In this document: in pieces, positions 52,601 through 59,377 of the stretch
How the letters are laid out: each line of letters begins with the position of its first letter
How positions within the stretch are numbered: the stretch's first letter is position 1
DNA from: Candidatus Spyradenecus sp.
GTDB taxonomy: Bacteria > Verrucomicrobiota > Kiritimatiellia > RFP12 > DVOR01
Direction: 5' to 3'
Length of the DNA stretch: 64,000 bases
Assembly (NCBI GenBank): GCA_045613865.1
Contig: JAZLBT010000015.1
Coordinates: 42,913-106,912, forward strand
Notes under the pieces: generated by a model
Databases searched by the model: none
What the model was told of the DNA's origin: nothing
Seen by the model: the letters and a program-made list of their open reading frames with translations, nothing else
Position numbers and translations under genes: made by a program

Positions 52601-54675
52601 CGAACAGCAAAGAGCGGCATCTTGATGGCAACATCGGTAGCATCATAGGTACCAAGTTTATTATCCTTCTTATAAACGGGAGCATTGAGAAGCTTGCTTG
52701 CAAAATCGTTCAATGCAGCAACATAGAAAGACTTTGCCGTTTCACCAGGGGCAAAGGTCATCACAAGGCGCAAGGGATCCGTTGCAAGGTTACTTACACC
52801 CGAACCCGTCGACTGTACCTGAAGCATCGTCTTCAAGAGATCAACTACAGGCGTATAAATCGTCTCGATTATAGCATCATTCTCATCGCGGATCTCTTCC
52901 TTATAATAGTAGTCTTCCGTAATTTCCGTTGTGCCATTAGAGAAGACGGGGTGCACAACGAAGTAGCGTTTCGCCGTCGAAACGGACTCAACACTTGCAG
53001 TATACGTTGCAATCGAGAGCGCGGTCGTTGCGTCGCCCGCCATCGCAGGACGATATTCCTGCAAATAGTCACCTGTTTCGGCAACGCTAATGGTGATATT
53101 CTCAACCTTCGTCGAAGACATCACAACGATGTACATCGGCGTATCTTGATCGTTGCTAAGACCGGGGATATGAACACGATAGAGCGCCTGGCCCGACTTC
53201 GCATTCGTCTTTGCCGTGAACTTAATCGATTCCAAGTCACCCGTTGCATTATATAAAGGAACAACATACTTGTCAGGAGAGACATTCGCATTCGATTGAG
53301 AAATCTGCTCAACGATTGCATAGAGCGTACCTGCGCCACTCAAACGATCAATATTATTCTTATCGATTTCCACCGTTGCGGTAGAACCTGCAGGCACAGA
53401 AACGAAGACAACATTGCCATCGCCTTCTTTAAATGTTGCAGGCGTTGTGACATCGTCCGAGCCACCCTGAATAAAATCAGCCAAAAGGTCTGCATCTGCA
53501 AACGTTGCGGTATCCTTATTGGGAATGTCAAGCGTTGTTGCTGTATAGCCCGAAGTTGCCGTATTGTTCACAACAGGCGAATCCAACAAGTCAAATTCTG
53601 CAGCAGCATAAACGTGCGAGTAAGTGGCATTCGTTGAGGGCATACCATAGCAGATACGCACAGGAGCCGATGTAGTAACACCCTGCGGAATGCTTACATA
53701 AAACGTCTGTGCAACAAAAGGTGCAGTGGTGCTATGACCATCCACAGAGGCGGCATACTTGCTATAACCATCTGCATCCTTTGCAACAAGTGCGGTATTA
53801 TCTGCATCAGCACCTGCAATATACGATGTTGCGTCGCGGTAAACGCTAATCTTTGCAGGGATCAAATTGCCATTTGCATCCTCCACCCAGAGCTTGCAAC
53901 CTGCAGCAACCGAAGCAGACGTGAACGCAGCAGGAATTTGATCAACATAATCAGCTGGCATTGCCACAGTAACAGGCACAAGACCCTTGTAAAGCTTGCC
54001 GGCATCGCCCACGGTAATTGCGAAGCCGTTCACTGCACAAGAAGCACCCGCTGTCACAGAAGAGCCGTCAAACGCATCCCTGTCAAGCGAGAGCTGTGTC
54101 ATTGTTGTGCCCGTAGAGGCACGTTCCTGTACCGACAACTTAATATTTTCAACCGTGCCGGACAAACGTAACGAACCATCCGCATTGCGTGCAAGGTCAA
54201 TATCGTCAACCATATCACCCGGACGCACCACATAAGCGAAGCGAAGCGTACCAGCAGCAGTCGAATCCACATAGTAAGCAACAGCCGAAGACGTCTGAGC
54301 GGGCACATCAACGTCTGCCTTGTAGCCCTGAGGATTACCATCAACCGTTGCAACCGAAGAGAGACCCTTCAATGGAATGTTCAACAACAATGCGGGGCGT
54401 GTACCAGCCTTTGCCGTATCGGCATGTTCATAGCTCGCCTTACCTAACGTTGTCGTCACTGTTGTGCTCGTTACTGTCGACTTCAACTTCACATCGAAGT
54501 AAACAATATCGCCAACAGCAAGGGTTGTCGCATCTGGACCACCACTATTACTCTCAGCGAACGAACGAGACACGCTCTCTACAGTAAGATCCGCAGAACT
54601 TACTGCATATGCATTTGTGCTCCAAAATGCGGTTACCGCTACCGCAGAAGCAATCAACATGTGTTTCATTTTCAT
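40687..54675 (-). CDS. Giant secreted protein 2 (about 4,662 aa from the ATG at 54675). It has a scattered array of Ca-binding DxDxDG (thrombospondin-type-3-like) motifs and a LamG/ConA-like domain.
   Basis: Signal peptide MKMKHMLIASAVAVTAFWSTNAYA. At least 14 D.D.DG..(D/N)..E motifs (for example DTDNDWMPDGWE, DTDCDGMSDGYE, DTDGDGIADGTE, DVDVDGDKLADAWE) lie between residues ~1910 and 4470. A LamG-like jelly roll ending in YMDEVRIWNGARTETEIAQ spans residues ~2960-3190, about nt 45120..45810. The ORF track starts at a GTG at 54687; the ATG at 54675 has GGAG 11 nt upstream. Confidence 0.85.
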   Translation of the reverse strand: MKMKHMLIASAVAVTAFWSTNAYAVSSADLTVESVSRSFAESNSGGPDATTLAVGDIVYFDVKLKSTVTSTTVTTTLGKASYEHADTAKAGTRPALLLNIPLKGLSSVATVDGNPQGYKADVDVPAQTSSAVAYYVDSTAAGTLRFAYVVRPGDMVDDIDLARNADGSLRLSGTVENIKLSVQERASTGTTMTQLSLDRDAFDGSSVTAGASCAVNGFAITVGDAGKLYKGLVPVTVAMPADYVDQIPAAFTSASVAAGCKLWVEDANGNLIPAKISVYRDATSYIAGADADNTALVAKDADGYSKYAASVDGHSTTAPFVAQTFYVSIPQGVTTSAPVRICYGMPSTNATYSHVYAAAEFDLLDSPVVNNTATSGYTATTLDIPNKDTATFADADLLADFIQGGSDDVTTPATFKEGDGNVVFVSVPAGSTATVEIDKNNIDRLSGAGTLYAIVEQISQSNANVSPDKYVVPLYNATGDLESIKFTAKTNAKSGQALYRVHIPGLSNDQDTPMYIVVMSSTKVENITISVAETGDYLQEYRPAMAGDATTALSIATYTASVESVSTAKRYFVVHPVFSNGTTEITEDYYYKEEIRDENDAIIETIYTPVVDLLKTMLQVQSTGSGVSNLATDPLRLVMTFAPGETAKSFYVAALNDFASKLLNAPVYKKDNKLGTYDATDVAIKMPLFAVRAGTATGRITGNADICSPIAAPTIANRAPFVTGATAAQTSSVGATIPFAFSIADAKTDYIVVEMNFDEAVADAREYRLIANDEDMIQQMGEAKWNDKVRELEKKYYGEKADAVGSFAKGGACRIEREGYESQVAFTYSYDAAGQHNWSMTAYDSSGAYVASENRPSGLVDISSAQKFTFNVYNTYGAMSASGFIAWAEDVAKNGTVAEGGQSKWTFTRTATSATLGRGTGTTAAVVAIPFSAGTNKKTHAGKKFDSFIGVNPTKDSFFYKWAASEDYIGLLPLESTDPLQSIYSPTLQINRMFAPGDAEVDPKESETWADIVLSAIFTLEYDEGDALRAYSMETSDRNGLFDLGDYNMDGVPDGWLIANFTNGRELVETNVAATVAEGDRLPFAGWNGGDTVYAANFVNNTLDNAGANDTVNLSLPIHWTRNNPQGPCSVTGEQFTYKQRIRGRDDALNAGDGHGNWLSAPAWVVALRPAVTQAKLDSFGGAYTEKTAPNGHDKETFINAGTLRNDGSFVPSQLEKHKLYMGSEIVYRKVEDTIADWEDTGIRVARTERHQIPYLNEEKTDFVSKHINNPDEPQWWNIPQEWHEAGWRWVLGDGNDESKVRGFPLGWNHLHGRPEGHMVLVCTDKDSVDYEQIVDLYNYALDYHGNQKVTWAYNAEETFVDKTSVSEETGLYTATRKVRHFIPVYDEATGANLVYPFTSSDEMPGKDDAKQAGTLKHLDIRELGGKMMLISAVKTEAMMRQLDPDLDGVAETETSKTVKAGESYPVWVKTGTVEIEYVTDSTTDPVTTKKKPVDTYAQMTDSEGNLVTTVAIEEIKIPNMCQVFLTTSFDSATPSAEEKTVDTMVHIPMVDEAGNAKRAWIPLFDPDAPTVKDAVIYETIPQGERFLCYELAQPNYIGINDQVEMHSTATPIKVGEGKLAALSMADIEALDKTAEDYAEQMDALIKATGITVKDVILQLVTDMEPASTDFVFEIGDNGLLYCTKTTADIKAYKQKMYLAPVYTQEYVDENGADATVKVDTKTYATTEMFAFHDWLVPAGIVLDEYFTNAWDPLQTCWLDRFGGETNGGDIVNGVKYYFWYYASRMRFASAFQWTDEKETVEDTSDDVTYTQINTSIWPAIDIRDLESMDTTSVAKINMNGKRRGGVGNHFGMPNRFVMGRRLRNDYNPDAEVGSPAANARPNHKSAMGNYWDVITANDIYGGIAGDPDNDGYNTIEELALGTNPLDCDTDNDWMPDGWEAGWGADDNGIPYVNPFLDDANENPDNDFYARLEVKKFGVVHDLYEVEFNGTAAPADARYYVNTYDADGMPIQLVKCCAYYDAATKEIRFTLPANGTANPLEEGEVVTLERFSKTTFAWDDLDDETEKINLTNIVTDKSYQMETNEAVILKHHDVYTTVGFSPYTAWAVSASGGMIGDARFQYTSENTTAFTNMEEYNTARLLPLVNQLSPVSMDTNGDGIPDGWSLYVDLDPTGPAATAREQDTDEDGLTTKDEFICQASVYSYPDLGGLSNPGWTNKLYPTDPNNSDTDFDGIEDGQEGSATFIYTADGTRKSIWEGRGLNPCSMDTDCDGMSDGYEFYWGTAPQVAEDTTEDEENVEGEDPEAETEVVAIPENIDPTYEGDVDIDVDHDGLTNYQEYMTSAFRHFRYDLSPSVSRLYTKSLDNAKGVAQWVSEIDMDGKRTYGVIWKSFPDTYNVYEDLMNPDMMISLDYVMDTEVNPIKVARASADGEEDAALRLVNYLFARTIALPTESQIDARKGLLTQGSAERNPVDITTIPGVSHDSVMMEYATKVKETATYLAAIDRLAFIDPSDEDYWMAVTAIHKVDEFFSDDNDMITSLKAIDQKVNGYAFIKTFEEGQKIWAARRDQIVAKYKDALKRAEDTYRSVDNIRAWVKEQTGTEPDAPTVARVGNGGAGNYATTIAETTCPLLQAQVRMAYRGYNGGLWREDGNLYFGPLGYIKPGYLENSANRLGDMLQIKEEFLTFPTISTTNNDAKRSKVPLFATSPISSDSDLDGMDDYWEIVHGLNPLLGDYREEVKDNATGRHIDMLQAAYLASNYKKTDISATYNPVMKNAIIGDFATQATGFDYYSYPWFTGVPFADPDGDGLVNSDEAPNGEDAAVHHGTDPSPLWMTDPSNMNSFTLRFYGNNLAGLTDENGLNVKEYFTSYPGFIVKYPDASRQAVEDMPFYPFEVNEGFDTDGDGIADGTEVSTPYAYYNGDPQDPFSPTRNFAAYFGGEGAMQTPALIDFGPTALRRFTVECWILPDDVQNETDVVLVDRPWSFSTNSLSTQHLRHNFILGLEVKGDKLYPYACFTATGGSVDGGTSVPAMSARAVSKTPIGKEVKQDNGSVTIDPNAEWTHVAATYDGNSLRIYVNGKETNSVLSSLLPATGVVVNSYDGDWRYYNVYQAPFILGATPTNNWIADTSDYLSKEEEANVVGINTFGEVFTKCYKGYMDEVRIWNGARTETEIAQDSKRTLTKDELLTYRLTSMIDRLNNGDVEEYLHEDGEGIYENTLTTYPVAVYTFNNLPSSTEEDADNVYEVYPGQKLIGDETIPGSFTYRRSSYVGDEKPQATDLFCSYYDINTPDYLKSTKYGEERTARVPMVDAFGDKVYNPTTGKPIATTTTKKFYEYVPKAINLVSRLPIFDIEVLDKEGNPRLHKMETSVLEPINPKMSALPELGQYRMWDTCFWRKNKAGDTVDATVFLKVNANPYAYRYEIFPTYDQDKQTVQEPFTVIRDTDLMVYGDAFTKYSAICWEPEGSFSSPDQKEAPTEGTEGTPEWFLHNKDGVDTGDKMNDIQLSVGGQILETEVRKGATRDTDGDKMPDWWETYYGLDYEDPIGKNGPYYDNDGDFLTNYAEYLANSNPGLYSTAGNDIPDFHVPLYYRRGAPVMGLLYSDADFMEDHWEATFKSSNPSVDSFDMYADPDHDGWSNFAEARVSTRGVHSTNPLVDVEQTINGKVAAYPTPALSIRVDCFEDLDSILNSGNNDEGENVAMSAKVVVHAFTVKGNMSAPDAIFVLPFGEAAEGDNAEGLTQIIGRMNYGTTTGYLEPGNIKAGSVEVKTSYYQEIGEDGTLNGYTDGEGVTIRDDGNGLLKGFFKTEVVSVDETTGEPVLDEDGKPVLKAVWSERAIGTINYITGEYSYTISEKDYITDELYNDEGKFVAYFKDIYLKAAYEMSPVESFPATYTFSQPLEGGHIREGKNNFFVFLDLNGNNMWNEGEPAGVPDQHDVDIGYDTINRELHVALTKNAPPGAVRVEMKTILDTFIAEKKAAEAMENNGTGDAEGEDDNNQAAEQEASLESKIKNPLTGDNLKWSNFLGEVGEEMTENFKIIFYDWETISNTIHSGATATLTRAYEQDYNTAKPYITEDEIFAANPTGLSVALSPNVTAMKYLVCYAPVAKLADPEYVARTYGIATAINNFGRFSVEQTHLRDPESANPNGGKIITNTDLAFEWASTTQLPSFDVKIVKTMDAAGIALAKEQTVFEKTAIRGVSAIARSNESSSKFYYRYEMPNAIGDLNSDATALFGNGSYKYVLTLHPYTGTPVELVGYFQVQLTDSRDLVDGIGTVETYKGSDGKYTAGAKDTTFNALNSYYVRANIRYNGVLNTDDDFSQGLVRIEAHYSASFNGTPVASTSDYLNYDGTNPALDNLNHTVIMEKDKTYVDGNEEIFHSTLIRAELRGLASDEPVYLVAYFDLNMNGKRDTWEPWGYLAKGATSSDNFYYDPMLVTPKRSGTSIDATFYIQDVDVDGDKLADAWEWIQSGRPSTLFADWCNTVVGGANAYTKAGVLWTEAGLTSLGAQVFGFNVLSVNNDGIVDVGIPAEAYQNTMSNFGSIMPAANWLELAAKGYTDYSVAIKSVVFDGNNVALQWSVEASKTEATGTTETITEEDITDIIAKTNAVYNFYGKETLSDEWTLINAIEVSLADGQVLKGASVKLNETAPKFFKVVLEVKTK

Positions 54676-54714
54676 ACCGTGTACCACTCCATTTCAAGGG
54701 GGTTTTTTATAAAA

Positions 54715-55371
54715 TTACTGAGCAACCGCCTGTGTTGCTGTTTGAGAATCCTGTTTTTGAGCATCTGCACGTGTCGGGAGCCCCGCTTCCTTCACCTGCG
54801 TCTCAACCGTCGAAAGCATTTGATCATAATCATTTTGAGCCGCATGCGTCTGCTGTTTAATACGCTGATAAACGCGACCCGTTGCCTTGCGGCTTGCCTC
54901 TTCTGCTTCAGCTACGGCCTTTAACAACGACTGATAATGTGCGTGCTGAGCAAGCTTTTCATTAATCAACGTCTGGCTCACCTTCATGCCACGAGCCTCG
55001 ACCGCAGCCGTCCAATTCTTAACCAATAATGCACGATAATCATCGGCAGCTTTTTTTGCAACAGCATAGGCATCGGCCGCCTGTGCTCGCTCATTTCCCA
55101 ACTGTTTCAAGTCAGCTTTGTAAGCCTCATCCTTAACACGCTCATCGCCCGTTGTCAAAGCGGGACGACCATTTGGATACTTCGCGTCTAAATCTGCGTA
55201 ATATTTTTCACGCGCGACAAGCCCATCTGCGCTCGTCGTCGTGGAGTCTTTTTGTGTCTCTGCCTCTGGAGGCGAATTATCGCCGCACCCCTGTAAAATC
55301 AGGCTTCCAAAGACAAATAGTAAACACGCGATGCCTCTCGACAGCACGTGTAGCTGACGCCTATAAAACAT
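54715..55371 (-). CDS. Lipoprotein with an Ala/Lys/Glu/Gln-rich, coiled-coil-like C-terminal half; first gene of the giant-2 operon
   Basis: Signal peptide + lipobox LILQGCGD. The downstream half is predicted helical (KADLKQLGNERAQAADAYAVAKKAADDYRALL...). There is a 39-nt gap to the giant gene start on the same strand. Confidence 0.6.
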   Translation of the reverse strand: MFYRRQLHVLSRGIACLLFVFGSLILQGCGDNSPPEAETQKDSTTTSADGLVAREKYYADLDAKYPNGRPALTTGDERVKDEAYKADLKQLGNERAQAADAYAVAKKAADDYRALLVKNWTAAVEARGMKVSQTLINEKLAQHAHYQSLLKAVAEAEEASRKATGRVYQRIKQQTHAAQNDYDQMLSTVETQVKEAGLPTRADAQKQDSQTATQAVAQ

Positions 55372-55750
55372 TTTTAGACCTCTTCTCTAATTCAATCATA
55401 CGGGAATAAACTATCACATCTACCCCAAATACGCAAGCATTCTTTTGAAGAAAGAGAAAAAATACACCCACCTTTTACTAACCTATAATAGAGAGCATTT
55501 TCCATCCCCTCCCACCCCCACTCTAACCACCTCTCAACACCCCTCAAAATTCCTCCTTTTTTCACTCGATTTTCGTTCTGGAAAATGATTTCCCTGCCCC
55601 CCATCCCATCATTCCCCAACAAAATTCCCAATCAAATTTCTCATTTAAAAGTGTCGCACACGTCTTCAATCTCCAATCGCCTACACCCCACGCAACGTTT
55701 CACCAACCTTTGTTATACCTGTTGATAAGCTGTGCATAACCCACGATTTT

Positions 55751-55838
55751 GAAACCGCACCTGTTTGAAGCTCAAACGTGCCGCAATTGAAGCTCAAACA
55801 GGTGCGGTTTAAGCTTCAAATAGCACCTGTTTCAAATT
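55751..55838. repeat. Four tandem 22-bp repeats of the CAAACAG family, with an embedded 17-bp perfect inverted repeat
   Basis: Units: GAAACCGCACCTGTTTGAAGCT / CAAACGTGCCGCAATTGAAGCT / CAAACAGGTGCGGTTTAAGCTT / CAAATAGCACCTGTTTCAAATT. AAACCGCACCTGTTTGA (55752-55768) is the exact reverse complement of TCAAACAGGTGCGGTTT (55794-55810). Confidence 0.8.
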
Positions 55839-56612
55839 GACATTCATAACCATTAAAATCACCCCTTTTCCTTCTTTAAATTACGCCCCCTATAATTCCA
55901 CTCTTTGCCCCCTACCCCTCCTAATCCTTCACACATCACTTCTATTTTATAACGCACGACAACACACCCACCTTAATCATCTGCAAAGAGAAAAATCGCA
56001 CTTTAACAAACCTCACGCAAATACAACAAGAACAATCGTCTTAAAATCTTTCTACTTTGACATCCACTTCGTTTAAACACCCCGTAATTTTATCAATTTA
56101 AAATAATTTCCTTCTTCGTAGTTAAATATCTCCCCCTCTCCATCGCTAGAAACAAAACTCAAATCGCATCCCATCACCATAAAGCGATTCCACCATTATC
56201 CAATACCATAAACAGACGTCTTCCCACGAATAAATGACATTCTCGAAAATTTCATCTCTTCAATATGCATTTACAATAACTTCTTTTGAACATTTTATGG
56301 TTGGCAATTTTAAGCTTAAAATCAGTACAATCTGTACTATCTGTGTAAAATTTAAATAGTACGATTTTTCGCCGGGGTCTTTTAGACCTATTTAGAAAAT
56401 TCTAGAAAATCGTACGATGGGCCGAAGAAATGAAATCGAAAAGGAACAGCTGCTTTAGACGGGCCTATCGACTAGCACAAAGTCAAACGCTCAAATCACA
56501 CAACCGCATAAAGCATGTATATCAACGTTTGAAATTCTTAACAACACGACAAATATACATCTATACTTCGACTACGTAGCAACTTCACAATCTTCCACGA
56601 GGCACATCTACT

Positions 56613-56646
56613 TTACAAAAAAACGCCCCACGAATGTGAGGCGTTT
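56613..56646 (-). terminator. Rho-independent terminator after fusA (minus strand)
   Basis: On the minus strand: AAACGCCUC ... GGGGCGUUU, a 9-bp stem with one G-U pair, followed by UUUUUUGUAAAG, 24 nt after the stop. Confidence 0.65.
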
Positions 56647-56669
56647 CTTCATTGTTCGTTTTCGAAGGA

Positions 56670-58775
56670 TTAGTCTTCGGAATCGGAGTAACCGTGGACC
56701 TTACCTGCCTTACGACGCTTTTCAACGATTTCGTCTTGGAGGTTTTTCGGTACGGGTTCGTAGTGGTCGAACACCATGGTGAAGGAGCCACGACCCTGAG
56801 TGAGGGTACGGATGGTGTTGGAGTAACCGAACATTTCACCGAGGGGAACGAAGCCGTGGACGAGACGTGCGCCACCGCGTTCTTCCATACCTTCAACACG
56901 ACCACGACGCTGAGAGAGCGAGCCGGTTGCTGCACCCATGTAATCTTCGGGAACAACGACCTCGACCTTCATGATCGGTTCGAGGAGCTGAGGCTGGCTC
57001 TTGAGGAAGACTTCCTTGAAGCACTGACGAGCAGCGGTCTGGAAGGCGAATTCCGAAGAGTCGACATCGTGGTAAGAACCGTAGAAGAGGGTTGCCTTGA
57101 GCGGGAGCACAGGATAGCCTGCGAGCGGGCCGGATTCCATTGCTGCACGAGTACCCTTTTCGACTGCGGGGATGTATTCGCCAGGGATAACACCGCCCTT
57201 GATGTCGTTGATGAATTCGAATTCCTTGCCATCTTCCTGCGGAGCGAACTTCATGCAGACATGGCCATACTGACCACGACCACCAGACTGCTTCTTGTGC
57301 TTGTATTCGCCTTCGCCTTCGACAGCGATGGATTCGCGGTAAGCAACTTCGGGGCGACCGACTTCGCATTCAACGTTGAATTCGCGCTTCAAGCGGTCAA
57401 CGATGATTTCGAGGTGAAGTTCACCCATACCCGAAATGATGGTTTCGGAGGTTTCCTGGTCGAATGCGACGGTGAAGGTGGGGTCTTCCTGAGCGAGGGT
57501 GTGGAGCGCGTTACCGAGCTTTTCATTGTCCTGGCGAGAGACGGGCTTCACTGCAATCGAGATAACCGGTGCGGGGAAGTCGATGGATTCGAGGTGAATC
57601 GGGTTTTCGATGTCGCAGAGGGTATCGCCGGTGCGGGTGTTGGGAAGGCCGATAACAGCAACGATGTCACCAGCATAAGCTTCTTCGAGCTTTTCTTGGT
57701 GGTTAGCGTGCATACGGAAGAGGCGGGAGATACGAGCCTTCTTGTTGATGGAAGAGTCGAGGATTTCTTCGCCAGCGCGGAGGGTACCGGAGTAAACGCG
57801 GGTGAAGATGATCTTACCCATGTTCTTATCAGCCATGATCTTGAATGCGAGAGCGGAGAGGGGCTCATCGTCCTTAGCATGACGAACGATGGTTTCATCT
57901 GCTTCGTCAACGACCGGCGGAATATCGAGCGGGCTGGGGAGGTAAGAAACGACTGCGTCGAGAAGGATCTGGATACCCTTGTTCTTAAATGCAGTACCGC
58001 AGAAAGCAGGCATGATCGAACGGGAGATACAACCCTTACGGATACCCTTGATGATTTCTTCCTTGGAGAGGGTGCCTTCTTCAAAGAACTTGTTCATGAG
58101 GTCTTCGTCTTGTTCAGCAGCAGCTTCGATCATTTCCTGACGCATTTCAGCGCACTTGTCAGCGAGTTCTGCGGGGATTTCAGAGTAGATCTGCTTAACA
58201 CCGTTGGAAGCCTTATCGAAGGTGACGAGGCGTTCTTCGAGCAAGTCAACAACGCCTTCGAAGGTTTCACCAGCGCCGAGAGGGCAAACCATCGGAACGG
58301 GGCGAGCCTTGAGCTGTTCGCGAGCCTGGTCCATCACGGAGAAGAAGTTTGCACCAACGCGGTCCATCTTGTTCACGAAGATGAGCTTCGGTACTTTGTA
58401 CTTTTCGGACTGACGCCACACCTGTTCGGACTGGGGCTGAACGCCACCAACTGCGCAGAACACTGCAACAGCGCCGTCGAGAACGCGGAGGGAGCGTTCC
58501 ACTTCAGCGGTGAAGTCCACGTGGCCGGGGGTGTCGATGAGGGAGATCATGTAGTCGCCCCACATAACAGCCGTTGCTGCGGAGGTAATCGTGATACCGC
58601 GTTCTTGTTCCTGGACCATCCAGTCCATCGTTGCGCCACCATCGTGCACTTCGCCGATCTTGTGGTTCTTACCAGAATAGAAAAGAATACGTTCAGACGT
58701 CGTGGTTTTACCAGCGTCAATGTGCGCCATAATACCGATGTTACGGACCTTGGCCAAGGGGATTTTGCGTGCCAT
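56670..58775 (-). CDS. fusA: Translation elongation factor G
   Basis: [36 protein letters not shown] and NKMDR, followed by the full five-domain EF-G architecture (701 aa). No rpsL/rpsG genes lie upstream and no tuf gene lies downstream. Confidence 0.95.
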   Translation of the reverse strand: MARKIPLAKVRNIGIMAHIDAGKTTTSERILFYSGKNHKIGEVHDGGATMDWMVQEQERGITITSAATAVMWGDYMISLIDTPGHVDFTAEVERSLRVLDGAVAVFCAVGGVQPQSEQVWRQSEKYKVPKLIFVNKMDRVGANFFSVMDQAREQLKARPVPMVCPLGAGETFEGVVDLLEERLVTFDKASNGVKQIYSEIPAELADKCAEMRQEMIEAAAEQDEDLMNKFFEEGTLSKEEIIKGIRKGCISRSIMPAFCGTAFKNKGIQILLDAVVSYLPSPLDIPPVVDEADETIVRHAKDDEPLSALAFKIMADKNMGKIIFTRVYSGTLRAGEEILDSSINKKARISRLFRMHANHQEKLEEAYAGDIVAVIGLPNTRTGDTLCDIENPIHLESIDFPAPVISIAVKPVSRQDNEKLGNALHTLAQEDPTFTVAFDQETSETIISGMGELHLEIIVDRLKREFNVECEVGRPEVAYRESIAVEGEGEYKHKKQSGGRGQYGHVCMKFAPQEDGKEFEFINDIKGGVIPGEYIPAVEKGTRAAMESGPLAGYPVLPLKATLFYGSYHDVDSSEFAFQTAARQCFKEVFLKSQPQLLEPIMKVEVVVPEDYMGAATGSLSQRRGRVEGMEERGGARLVHGFVPLGEMFGYSNTIRTLTQGRGSFTMVFDHYEPVPKNLQDEIVEKRRKAGKVHGYSDSED

Positions 58776-58896
58776 ATCTGACTCCTAATAGTACGGGATG
58801 CAAATAAAAAAGATAGTGCAATATATCACAAACCTTGATGAAAAATCAAGCATTTATTTTATTCTTTTAAAAAAAGTCCTTGATGTATCAAAAGAA

Positions 58897-58935
58897 AAAG
58901 GCATACATCGAGGATGATGCATGCCTTTTAAAATG
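58897..58935 (-). terminator. Rho-independent terminator after the 138-aa gene (minus strand)
   Basis: On the minus strand: GGCAUGCAUC-AUCCUC-GAUGUAUGCC followed by UUUUUCUUUU. Confidence 0.55.
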
Positions 58936-58948
58936 GGGTTGACTTCTA

Positions 58949-59365
58949 TTAAAGTTGAAGTTGCGTACACGCATCGCAAAGACGATCCCAAAGGGCGGTG
59001 ATCTTCTCCGTTGTCACTTCTGAGATGGGGCACTTTATTTGGAAGGCGACAGAACCGCCATCACCAAAGTCCTTCACCACTACGCAAATCCCATTTAACC
59101 ATTCTGCAAAGGAAAGCAAGGAAACAGCTTCGTCACGCGAGGCAAGTGGGGCAATCGGTGGAAGAATCGAAATCGCAAAAACATCCTTTCCTTGCGAAAG
59201 ATCGGGATGGTTAATTAATTCCATCATACCACGGCCAAGTTTGCCACGTTGAAAAATCCAAAAATGGTAATCATTATCGCTGCATTCACACGAATGATTT
59301 TCGCAGTGTGAAGCGAGCCACTGTTCAAGCATTGGGCGAAGCGATTCAAAAGGTGCATATGCCAT
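58949..59365 (-). CDS. Hypothetical cytoplasmic protein (138 aa)
   Basis: The ORF has coding-like composition and sits 12 nt downstream of the GHL10 gene on the same strand. I recognise no family signature. Confidence 0.5.
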   Translation of the reverse strand: MAYAPFESLRPMLEQWLASHCENHSCECSDNDYHFWIFQRGKLGRGMMELINHPDLSQGKDVFAISILPPIAPLASRDEAVSLLSFAEWLNGICVVVKDFGDGGSVAFQIKCPISEVTTEKITALWDRLCDACTQLQL

Positions 59366-59377
59366 AACGTTTATCCT

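Noticed and set aside
55392-55631. 79-aa Gly/Trp-rich ORF (MGILLGNDGMGGRE...) in the long leader region
   Set aside because: It lies on the G-rich minus strand of the compositionally skewed non-coding region. Its amino-acid bias (G, W, R, E) is what a G-rich sequence yields in any frame. There is no RBS and it is not coding-like.
56280-56460. Candidate small ncRNA (tmRNA, RNase P, SRP or 6S) downstream of fusA, flagged by the 10-bp inverted repeat GTACGATTTT/AAAATCGTAC and the palindrome AGTACA-atc-TGTACT
   Set aside because: None of the conserved signature sequences of tmRNA, RNase P RNA or SRP RNA are present. The inverted repeats are more simply explained as protein-binding sites and are already covered under the TGTACTAT motif finding. 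An ncRNA cannot be supported without expression or covariance data.
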